DNA of 20,000 bases from Xylographa opegraphella (Eukaryota), in the NCBI GenBank assembly GCA_022813865.1, contig JALDZX010000005.1, positions 664,583-684,582 on the forward strand, in the 5' to 3' direction. Each line of letters starts with the position of its first letter. Position 1 is the stretch's first letter. Below are positions 1 to 9,862 of this stretch, piece after piece. The notes beneath the pieces are model-generated. The model saw only the letters and a program-made list of their open reading frames with translations. It did no database searches and was not told the DNA's origin. Both the position numbers and the translations under genes were made by a program.

Positions 1-21
1 AACTACATAATTTTTCCCTAG

Positions 22-255
22 GTCACTGTTGGAAACTTCGGTACAAGGGATAGGATCGATGGCAAAGAAGTTGTTGCATGCAGCGTCTCGAGGCTAGAGG
101 CAGACTGTCTATTCTTACAAGTCAGTGTACCTACATATTTTATATATATTGAATCAATCGCCTGGTCTTCGTCTGTGAACAGTACCACATTGACATATTT
201 GAAGGCCAAGTCTGGAGACATTGACACGATGATTGATGAACGGGTAGCACTTTGA
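22..255 (+). CDS. 3' end of an unidentified spliced gene entering from the left edge (exons 22-120 and 205-255)
   Basis: Acceptor TTTTTCCCTAG ends at 21. Exon reads VTVGNFGTRDRIDGKEVVACSVSRLEADCLFLQ. Intron 121-204 is GTCAGT...TTGAC...GAAG. Last exon reads AKSGDIDTMIDERVAL then TGA. Family not recognised. Confidence 0.5.
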   Translation, partial: VTVGNFGTRDRIDGKEVVACSVSRLEADCLFLQVSVPTYFIYIESIAWSSSVNSTTLTYLKAKSGDIDTMIDERVAL

Positions 256-703
256 CTGGGCTGTCTCAGAATAAAGATAGATGACTGGCGTATCATAGGC
301 GAGAGTCCAATAATAAGGTAAGGTAGTATAAGGGCAAGGCTCACGAAGTTCCCGGTCCACTGTTAGTTCTGAACAATTGCTCTCTACTAGAACTCCAAAG
401 CACAAAAAGCTTAGCGTAGAAGCATAATCATTGAACGAAGTCATCAGCTCCAAAGTTGGCCGTTGGAAGGATTTCGAAAGTCACAAACCACAACGTGAAC
501 AAGTTTTTTCAAGCTTTCACAAAATCAAATCGTATTAACGGTCCACACTTCCAGCATGAAGTGCCAAAGAAGATGGAAACGAGATCCATCTTCTGCTAAG
601 AGAAGACCAGAAGTTTCCCACCTCAAACAAAAATCATGCGTGCCACGAGTGGCTTTACATAGGCCCTCCCATCATCCACCCCCCCAAAACCCCCTTCCAC
701 CCT

Positions 704-1153
704 TTATCTTCCCGCCGTGCCCATTCGGCGCCACCTTCCCACGCTCTCCCTTGACATTTCAAGCAACACTTCGAATTGTGCCGCCAGCTTCTCCATGCAT
801 GCAATAATAGTCCTCAAATGCTCTTTCGTGAGCGCCCTGGTCAACACACGAGGGAAGACTTTGGTGTACCATTCGACGGTCGACCACTGCGTGAAGACGC
901 CGGACTTGATAGGTGTTCGGAGCACCGATTGCGCGTCGATGAGAGCCTGGTAGGAGGCTGTGAGCCAGGAAGATTGGAAGCGGTGCAGGGGCTCTGGGAA
1001 GACTAGGTCTCGAACGACAAGGTATTTGGAGTAGATGACATTGGTGAGGTTGAGGGCTTGTGTTGACAGAGTGCGGTAGTCTGGATTGCTGGTGCGTGGT
1101 GGATTGTTATGAGAGGGTAGGTGGCGGTTGGAGTTGAAAGGAGGGGACTGCAT
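704..1153 (-). CDS. Hypothetical protein, 149 aa
   Basis: ATG-started ORF with a low-complexity N-terminus and a helical-looking core (VFTQWSTVEWYTKVFPRVLTRALTKEHLRTIIACMEKLAAQFEVLLEM). No family recognised. Confidence 0.45.
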   Translation of the reverse strand: MQSPPFNSNRHLPSHNNPPRTSNPDYRTLSTQALNLTNVIYSKYLVVRDLVFPEPLHRFQSSWLTASYQALIDAQSVLRTPIKSGVFTQWSTVEWYTKVFPRVLTRALTKEHLRTIIACMEKLAAQFEVLLEMSRESVGRWRRMGTAGR

Positions 1154-2230
1154 GGTTGATGCCGCGTAGATGGAATTGTATGTAGGGTTGCAGATAGGAT
1201 TGCAGCTGGAATTGCAGATAGGATTGCTCTCGTTACGTGATGCAGAGGAGAATCTGGGTTATTTGAAGATACAAGAGAATGCAGCCGGCGTAAGAGGTTC
1301 TGAGGGAATGTAAAACTCTTGTACGAGATGGTCACTGTCTGATCATGTATTCAAAGAAGCAACACTTTGATTGTGAAATGAGCAGTAGTAAGGACGAATA
1401 GAAGACGCGTTAACAACAGACCGCCCCCGGTTTGACCCTTAGCTAGGCACCGCTCTTCCTTCCAAGGCCGTTGCTTGCTGCAATACACGTAACAGCTCTA
1501 GCAACGCGACTTCCGCATCTCTACATGCCGTCAGCTCAAGTGAATTGATCCACTAAAAGAAATTACTGACCGCTTTACCAGCACAGTCAAGGGGTCCAGG
1601 AGCGGTTCCATAAGCACTGCGTGTGCCTGCATAGTTTCTCTCATCGACTTGAACAATCTTGGCTTGACAAACGCACAGCAGGTAAGTTGGCGTCTTCCAA
1701 GCTTCTGCATATCCCACTCTACCCTGGATAAAGGGGAAGTGATATGCCGTTGGTATCCACGCAGTACCCGTGCTTCTCAGTTCATTAAGGCGGATGAGGC
1801 AAACCAGGTCACCAATGCGTCGACAGCGCTCCAGGCGAATGTAATGCGGATATATAGCTCAAAGAGTCTTTCTATGGTAGCGAGAACATGAATAGGCTTC
1901 TCGAGAATTAGGGAATTTGTTCGGCATTCTTATATAAAGGTGCAGATGGTAATGCTAGAGTATTGTAGTCCAAATCGAAACCGATACTTTTCATACTGTT
2001 ATAATCAGTATGTGTGATTTGCTTACAATGAGAATTGCTGCTGTACTCACGCAGTCAGTATCATGTCGAGGTCCGAGAATGTTGGCTGGAATTGAAGGGC
2101 AATGCTGATGGTGAAATATTAGTCCCTAATATTCGCTTAAGCCATGTCAATCAACAAGAGCCCATATAACGTACCAATGACCCTGTCACCCTTGTGCTCT
2201 ATTCTGATTCCGAAGGGCTTTTCCAGCTGT

Positions 2231-2435
2231 AAAAAAAAAAGGCAAAAAGTTCGCAAAGCCTTTAGGCTTTGCTATGAAACTATTCTTAACAGATTTTGAT
2301 ATCTGGTGAATGTTTGCAGTCCTGAGCGTAGCTCAGGCCGAGGATCGAACCTCGGGGGTTTTGCCTACGATCTACGCTATCTATAAGCGGCGCTAGAAGG
2401 AGCCACTGTCGACTCCTTAATTCCGGGCCGTCGAT
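2231..2435 (-). ncRNA. Candidate RNA polymerase III-type structured small RNA (~185 nt), unidentified
   Basis: On the minus strand: TATAAATATATAA at 2465-2453, B-box-like GGTTCGATCCT at 2351-2341, six short hairpins, then T5 (2248-2244) and T10 (2240-2231) tracts. No tRNA cloverleaf found. The 5' end is estimated from TATA spacing. Confidence 0.45.
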
Positions 2436-3144
2436 GAACTAAAACTATCTTATTATATATTTATAGGTAATATCTGTCCTGCATTAGTACCATGCCTTCC
2501 CTTCCACATTTGAGCTGTCTACATTACCTCGACCATAACGCCAACCAGCATTCCGAGCAACCACGTCGTCTTTCATCAACGATACTGCCTTTGTATTACT
2601 CAGAATATGTATTGACGGTTGAAGATATTGGCCATCGTTGTATACAGAATTCATCTTGACCTGAGCAGTAAAGACACTCATACCCGCCTTCGGACTTGCT
2701 TTGTTAACAGACTCGGAGAACACATCCTCTTGACCGTCGACTACCACGTCGCTATCTTTTCCTCATGGCTTACGTCTATGCATCGAACTGCGCAATATAT
2801 TCAGCACAACGCAATCTAATTGCAAGCTCATATCAGTCAAGACTTCGCTGAAGCACAAGTATTATGCAAAGATCTGCTCGCAGAGTGAAATACATTGTTG
2901 GTAACTCCTCAGTACAGAATTTGCATTGATGTCTTCCGCTAATTTTATCAAGAGGGCCTTCAATCGTTACTGAAAGACTCCGCCGTCAGATTCTTGACGT
3001 GGTCACATACAACTCCACAAATAGGGGTTCGAATGCAGAATGAAAGATATGGTATTCTCGAGAGTCAATCGATATTCGATATTACTGATGGATATGTAGA
3101 AAGCCCTTTACCAACATACCTTGTATCTGTCGGCCAACAATCTA

Positions 3145-4613
3145 CTACCCAAGCCCGTGTGCATAACTGAATGCCTGACCCAAACCAACCATATGCGCCA
3201 ATGCTGCTAGGACCACCATAACATGAAAGATCTGATGACTACTTCCCGCAATATCATAACGATGGGACCATCTTTCAGGGACCTTACTGATGTGAGCCAA
3301 CCTGTTATATCACCTCATATAGAGAATAGGATTTCCATTGACGCAGGACCAGTAATGGACATCATAGGAATCCAACAGGCTTACCCTCGTAGCATAAGGA
3401 ATCACGCCTAGGAAATTTAGGAGAGCCATCAAACACATCCACCCAAAGCCCATCCTATGGTAGGCAATTTCCAAACCATAGAGCACGATAGCATGGATAA
3501 CGAACCCAATTGCGGACAACCCGAGACCAGCATACATACCTGCTCGAAAATGTAAAGATGACACGAATCGTGGCGAGACGGTCAAAAGCCCCGAAGCCAT
3601 AGCAAGTATAGAGACCTGTCTATTGGTCAGAGGGTTTCCAACAAATACACATCGAATGGAACACACTAATGCCCAATACAGCGCTCTTAGCTTCCAGTTG
3701 CCATAAAAAGCATAAAAGATTGAAGCTACCGTTGCTCCCCACATCAAAGCGATAATTCCCAGGTAGTCTAACGCAACGCCGGCAGCCCGAAATTTCTTAT
3801 TTGCATCGCATATTGTGTGGAAACTAGCAACTATCAAGCCTGTACATCTTCGTGGTGATTATGCGTAACTTACATGGCGGAGAGTAGGAAGCAAAGAGAC
3901 ACGCTCGAAAAGAAGAGGCTCAAGACAACAATATCTCCATATTGAGCCACATTCCGGTATGGGAACGGCCCGAGCCAAGAGATAATCGGGATCGAAACAA
4001 AGATAATAGCACCGACAAGATGAGAATATATGTTTACTAGATCATGGGCGATGTAATGAGCAGGACGACGCCCGATCTTGGATACAGGCTACCCCTACCA
4101 GTTTCATTATGGAGAAAGATCAGACTATGGACCGATTCCTTCACGGATTTAATTGGTGGCCTTGAAGAAATCAGCACTATGCATATATTCTCGCTGTTCA
4201 AGGATACTTACCGGTAGCCAGTTGTGATATATATGTTATGCCTGTCACATGTCAGTCCTGACTCAGAGACATTCGTTCAAGGTAAGAGTCCGACCGCCGA
4301 AAGCTCACTGAACACGATCAACTCAGTAATAGGGTAAAGACGGTCGGATATCGAACGTACTAATTGACTTCCATCTAGACAAAGACGGCCTTCCGTTTGT
4401 ACTCAGAGCGGCAGGGACTGGCTTCGGAGCCACACTATGCATTGCGACACACGGGTCAAGCGCCTTCGGATCTTCAGACTCAATCCACTGATTTCGGGCG
4501 AATCGGTGAAATGGCCGGCCATGCGACAATAGAATATTATCTCGAAGATCCGAATATGTTCGGAATGCAGTATCCCTTTTGGACGGATAGAGAGTTCGCA
4601 ATTCCGCTGCCAT
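3145..4613 (-). CDS. PAQR / haemolysin-III family membrane protein (IZH / adiponectin-receptor-like), 8 exons
   Basis: Introns at 4360-4308, 4294-4242, 4211-4161, 4098-4037, 3873-3824, 3666-3616 and 3384-3283. The spliced product has [20 protein letters not shown] (ExxxNxxxH), SAIFH (SxxxH), DYLGI, and [17 protein letters not shown] (HxxxH). Stop TAG at 3147-3145. Start uncertain: ATG 4613 (CACCATGG context) or ATG 4442. Confidence 0.9.
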
Positions 4614-5391
4614 GGTGTCTCCCCCGGACGACGAGCTCATCATATCCATGTTGCACCTTGACGGGTAGCAAAACTTTTGTTAAACCAATTACCAATGAGA
4701 CAGCGAAGTATATTCAAGACCTAGTGAATAATAGGAGCTCCATTCATCCAGAGCGGGCCCAAAACACGATGTGAAGGAAAGGCATGAATGTGCACGAATC
4801 AAATTCACACAATCCAACGATCAGCCATACAGAACGAATACCCCGATAGTGACGAAACATCATTATGACGATCTCATTTTGAATGGGTAGGTCTGTGGCT
4901 GAAATGTCACCATTGCACAATGGCAGGCGTCGCTTTGCTGCCAAGCCAGATTAGAGGGGTCAGGCTGGGTCATTTGGTTACGTGATGGTGGCTTGCTTGG
5001 ACGTCTGTATTGGCTACCAAATGAGGTAGGACAACAATGACAGGCGCCGAGGAATGATTGTTATCCACCAAGGCGAATGGCGTTGTCCATCCTACCATAC
5101 CCAGTACATACCGTAGCTAGAAGAAAAAGCTGGTTTTTGCGTAGACGTTGGGGAAGGCACCCGCTAGTCATTTTGGGATTCGTCATCAGATCTCGCCGCG
5201 GATTATCCTTCCTCCGGTGAGAGTCAGATTAGCGAGGATTGATATCGAACCTCGGCTGGTGGAACGCGTATTGCAAACGCTGCCTATAGATACTCTACCT
5301 TATCTGTATGAACAACTGCCCAACTATCATGGGCAATCTTAAACGATAACATTCCTCAAAGAGCTTGAACAAAAGAATCTCGATAGCACGC

Positions 5392-6195
5392 ATGGATCCA
5401 TATTCAGGTAGACAATCTTCCATCCCTCCCGTATTTCTATTCCCAGACTTAAACACTTGCACCAGTCGAGCACAACGTCAAGCCCGCGCCGCCATCAAAT
5501 CAGCCCCCTCGCCGACCAGACTTCTCCACCTTCTTCTCCACACTCGAGCTCGTCGATACCTCGAACACCACCAATGTGCACTCGACTCCCATCCCCGGCG
5601 ACATATCGTCCGTCTTTCGGATGCTTGCAGAGGGCTACGAACGAATGCGCCAAGACCAGGACCCACATGCCGCTACACATACACAAAACGACGACCATGA
5701 TACCGACTCAGGTCACAGCCGATTCTTGGAGGGTCTGATACAAACGTTGCTGAGCGAGGCTGATACGCCTCCGAAGGAGGTCAATGGAGTCAGTGATGAG
5801 TTCTTGGCCGGTAGGAGGATCATCGCGGCGCATGACCGTAGAGCATCAATCTCTAATTTGCAACTATAGAGTTAGAGCGCGTTCCGAGGAAAGCCTTGAA
5901 ACAGGATATGTCTTGTCCTATATGCAACAACCCATTCCTGGACGGTAAGCCGCAACTCTATTCCCAATCATCTCGTTCGCAACTGACACGGCAGCCAACA
6001 GATGAATACCCTCTAGTCGTCCGCCTTCCATGTCACAAGTCCCATATCTTCGACCTCGAATGTATACAACCCTGGCTCAAGCTTCATCCTACATGCCCAC
6101 TCGATCGGAAAACCCTGGTGAAGAAGAAAGAGCCCCCTCCGCCGCCACCAAAAGATGAGGAAGAAGAGGGCGATTATGACGAGATGTACGCATGA
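5392..6195 (+). CDS. Small RING-finger protein, putative E3 ubiquitin ligase (resembles yeast YBR062C family), 4 exons
   Basis: Exons 5392-5407, 5466-5810, 5870-5944 and 6002-6195 with GT-AG introns. C-terminal motif: GVSDEFLAELERVPRK..CPICNNPFLDDEYPLVVRLPCHKSHIFDLECIQPWLKLHPTCPLDR. Confidence 0.88.
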
Positions 6196-6391
6196 GAATA
6201 CCATATAATGTTGTATAGAAGGGAACGTGCATAGTATAGCGCCGTAGCGGTAGATATCTGGTTCAACTGTTCACACCACATCTGCATCTACGATGATGGC
6301 AAGCCGAAGCTGGTATAGACTGCCACCTCCAAGGAAGCCCTTCACCTCCTCCCCCATTCGCCCACCAAGCCCTCCCTCTCCTCCCCTTGCC

Positions 6392-7552
6392 TCACTCTTC
6401 CCCTTCATAAAAGTTCCCCCCCACCTTCCCCAACAAATGCTTCCCGTACACCACCTCCCCCAACCTCTCCACGCCCCCACTCTTCGCCACACACTCCTCC
6501 AACGGCCTCACCCGCGCCTCGAAATCCGGCTCCACGAAGAACGGCACACTGACCCGGAACCCCTCCCCCCGATGCACGACCCGATGCCTCGTGCTCCGCC
6601 ACAGGCCGTTCGTCCAGCGCTCCATCATATCCCCGATGTTAACCACCAGCGCCCCCTCCACCGGATCGGCCGCAATCCAGCCCTCCCCTCCCTTCCCCTG
6701 CACCTGCAACGCCCCGCGCGTCTCATCCGCCAGCAAAAGCGTCAAGCACCCATAGTCCGTATGCTCCCCGCACGAAACACCCCCCTCCCCCCCCGCCGGC
6801 AGAGGCGGATAGCCAATCGCGCGCATCACCCAAAAGCTGTCGCGACACTTCCCCACAAAGAACTCCCGATCGCGCAACCCCAGCGCCCAGCCCATGGCGC
6901 GCAGCACGCCCTCCCCGAGCCGCAGCACCTCCCTCACATAGAGCTCATACACGTCGCGGAACTCCGCGGGCCGGTCCGGCCACAAGTTAACGCCGCGCAG
7001 CAGCTGAAAGGGCGGGACGCGGCCGAGGGCGTCCTCGCGGAGCACGAGCGGCTTGCCCTCGGGGTCGAGGAGGGGCCCGTCGGCGCCGCCGCGCTGGCGC
7101 AGGCGTGCGAGGCCGTAGGGCCCGTAGATGCGCACGAAGGTGAGCTCCTTGCCGGTGAGGCCGTGCTCCTCCGCGGGCAGGACGGGCCGGTACCAGTCGA
7201 TGGCCTCGTGGGCGTCGCGCTGGCCGCCGGTGACGTTCGTGGATGGGGGTTGGTAGCCGCGGGCGCCGTCGCCGTAGCCGTGGCCGGGGGCTTGGCGCGT
7301 GATGAGACGCTTCTCGAGCGGGGTGGCGGTTGTGAAGAAGGTGCGGGCGAGGGAGAGGACGCGGGTGGTGAGGGCGGGGGGCAGGCCGTGGTGGGTGAGG
7401 TAGAAGAAGCCGTGGGTGGTGCAGGCGGTATGGAGGCAGGTGGCGCAGGCGGTGAGAGCCGAGGGGGAGGAGGGGGAGAGGAAGGAGGAGATGTCGATGA
7501 GGGGGAGGGACGGGCTCGAAAGGTTGGTTGTGGGGTTCGGTGTCGAACTCAT
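6392..7552 (-). CDS. 2-oxoglutarate/Fe(II)-dependent dioxygenase, isopenicillin N synthase-like (DIOX_N plus 2OG-FeII_Oxy)
   Basis: LPLIDIS..AC..HGFFYL N-terminal domain. Iron ligands HTD (GEHTDYGCLTLL) and distal H (RSTRHRV). NIGDMMERWTNG and the RVS 2OG-binding motif are present. Intronless, 386 aa. Confidence 0.95.
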   Translation of the reverse strand: MSSTPNPTTNLSSPSLPLIDISSFLSPSSPSALTACATCLHTACTTHGFFYLTHHGLPPALTTRVLSLARTFFTTATPLEKRLITRQAPGHGYGDGARGYQPPSTNVTGGQRDAHEAIDWYRPVLPAEEHGLTGKELTFVRIYGPYGLARLRQRGGADGPLLDPEGKPLVLREDALGRVPPFQLLRGVNLWPDRPAEFRDVYELYVREVLRLGEGVLRAMGWALGLRDREFFVGKCRDSFWVMRAIGYPPLPAGGEGGVSCGEHTDYGCLTLLLADETRGALQVQGKGGEGWIAADPVEGALVVNIGDMMERWTNGLWRSTRHRVVHRGEGFRVSVPFFVEPDFEARVRPLEECVAKSGGVERLGEVVYGKHLLGKVGGNFYEGEE

Positions 7553-7829
7553 CCCGGGTGGAAAAGTTCTCAGTTCACGAGAGATTTCGTCAAGTGGATA
7601 ACATGGATTATTGAGGGTAGACTAATCGAGGTGTCTATATTTTTGTAGATGATGGGATATCGTAATTTCATACTATCTCTAAATAGGTAGTTATCTACCC
7701 CAGCACCCGGCAGGATTGTATATAAACCGAAAACTGCCACCAAAATTCACACCTGCGTATAATCGTAGGTTATTCAGCCCGCTAAATGCAGAAACTAACT
7801 TTTGGCGTTTTGGTTCATATCGCAGTCGC

Positions 7830-9311
7830 CTACATTATCACTTCGTTAGAGACATCCTAGGGTAGGGTTAGCTTTCTCGAAGTAGCATGACAGTGGGGAA
7901 GTGCAAAACCGACCCGCTTCAACTCCTTGTTGGGTAAGCAAACACAGTTCTGCACGCGGACCTCGTCACCAACACCGCAGTCTTTGCCGAGGATGGTGAT
8001 GCTCTGAACCTTGACACCATTCTTGATGATACTTGTAGTGTGACTGCTCACGGGCGTTGGTGTGCCTTCGACGCGTGCCCAAGCTCCAACACGGCCACCC
8101 CAACCGATGATCGAGTATAGCACACATGCATCGTGCTTGATCTCGACATCTTCCAGAACAACAGACTCCTTGATTCGAACCCCAGCGCCGATCACGGCAC
8201 GCGGACCAACCGAGACGTTTGGACCCAGCTTGGCGGTTGGGTCGACTTCGGCAGTGGGATGGATGAAGACCGGAGGAAGAATGTTAGCTGATGGTGCAGC
8301 TAATTCTTCGGAGCCGGACTGGAAAGCCTTCTGAAGGTAGAGGGCATTTGCTGGAACCGCCGATCCTGCAGTTTTGATCTGTCTCCAAAAGTCCTTGGTC
8401 TCAAGAACAAAAAATTGCTTGCTATCAGCTAAATCGGAGAGGATGTCTTGCTCCAGACGAAGAACCTCGTTCTTCTCTCCATCCTCTTGCTGATTGGCGA
8501 AGTAAGAGTTGTCGAGGTTTTCCGCTGAAGGATAAGAAACAAGTCGTGGACGATCCGTCCTGCGCTTGATGGCTGACCTAATCGAAGGGAAGATGGTTTC
8601 TGTGGAGAAGAGATAAACTCCACAATTGATCAGATTGGAGATGTGGGACTCGGGCTTTTCAACGTAGTGAAGAACTCGTTTGGTGTGGGCATCTGAAACT
8701 ATGCATCCGAAATTTGTGGCTGCTTCGTTGCTCACTCTTGTCCCTAGAATGACTGCTTCTGCATCCTTCTCGTCAAACAGCTTCAGCATGTCATTGAGCG
8801 GGAACGAGCAGCACACATCCGCATTGAGCACAAAAAACCTCTGTGGTCCTCCCTTGAGGATAGCATCACGGAAGTGGTACAATCCTCCAGCAGTCCCTAG
8901 AGCCTGGTATTCTCTGAGGTATTGTATCCGAATCTGAGGAAGTTCTCGGGCAGAATCTTTGATGAAATCCCTGAATACGGACTCGTCGTAGTATCCCACC
9001 AGTATCACCTCTCGAACGCCTGGAACCTTGGCGACAGCTTGCAAGCAATGCCAGATGATGGGATGACCTGCGACATCGAACAGTGGCTACGATGGTCAGA
9101 CATTGGAGTTCGTATCTTGTATACTGGGAATGTACTCACCTTGGGAACATCCAAAGACAAAGGTCGAAATCTAGTCCCTCGGGAAGGGCCTCCGACCTAG
9201 TTTTTTATGAGCTTCGTACGGCTATTTCTGCTATTGAAAGCTTACTAGTATAACAGCTTTCGTGGGCTTTGCGATGCCATTCTTCTCCCGGGAGGGGATA
9301 TTGAGGCTCAT
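7830..9311 (-). CDS. Mannose-1-phosphate guanylyltransferase, alpha/regulatory type (GMPPA / Mpg2-like), 4 exons
   Basis: Exons 9311-9246, 9196-9140, 9086-7914 and 7856-7830. [31 protein letters not shown] is the GMPPA-type signature. Also LNADVCCSFPL, HYVEKP, a C-terminal hexapeptide beta-helix, and the end DVSNEVIM then TAG. Confidence 0.95.
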
Positions 9312-9695
9312 CTTTACTATCTGATCCTTGTGATGTTGCCGTTTAGTTTCTCGGAGTTGAGGAGAATCAATTGCAGAAAGTGATTGAGTTGTGGAATTTA
9401 TTCAAACGTTCAAAGGGACAGCTCTCACTGCAGCTTTTTCGAAGTACACTTCAGGGTCCTCGAGTCCCTATTTAGAACAGCTTGTGACCTCCCTAATTCA
9501 CTTGGCGCACCACTAAATGTACCTCGGTAACACCCCTAATACCTTAGGTATGCTAGTGGCGCTTGGTAATGTGCGGACCTTCGTAAAGAGTTTTGAGGTA
9601 GACTCGCGAGCTTCGAAGGTGGGCAGGCACCTACCTCGTTCTCAGTATCCTTATCGAGCACACTGTGATTTGGGGCACATTGTTCAACACAAGAG

Positions 9696-9741
9696 AGCTT
9701 GATCAAAATCTACAAGATAGCTTGATCAGAATCTACAAGAT
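9696..9741. repeat. 23-bp tandem duplication (2 copies, 1 mismatch)
   Basis: AGCTTGATCAAAATCTACAAGAT (9696-9718) followed by AGCTTGATCAGAATCTACAAGAT (9719-9741). Confidence 0.9.
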
Positions 9742-9862
9742 ATTCTTATGAATTATTTCAGCTATTGAATAGTCGACAGCCCCCCACTCCTTGGCCTGCC
9801 AGCAGTCCTTCCACGCTTGAGCGACCTGATGCAAACATTGATCAAGGTTCTTATTAAAATGG

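Noticed and set aside
1188..1227. 16-bp direct repeat TTGCAGATAGGATTGC (1188-1203, 1212-1227)
   Set aside because: A simple local duplication with two copies only, not an array or CRISPR.
2321..2430. tRNA or tRNA-Sec interpretation of the GCCCGG...GGTTCGATCC unit
   Set aside because: The acceptor stem does not pair, the T-loop is 6 nt, and there is no canonical anticodon arm.
2484..2747. 87-aa minus-strand ORF ending ...GKAWY
   Set aside because: Non-ATG start preceded by an in-frame stop. I could not build a consistent upstream exon.
6293..7648. 451-aa plus-strand ORF
   Set aside because: Antisense shadow of the GC-rich dioxygenase, with low-complexity Pro/Gly/Arg composition and no family motifs.
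7857..7871. Telomere-like TAGGGTAGGGTTAG
   Set aside because: It is the reverse complement of the branch point and acceptor (GCTAAC...CTAG) of the last GMPPA intron.
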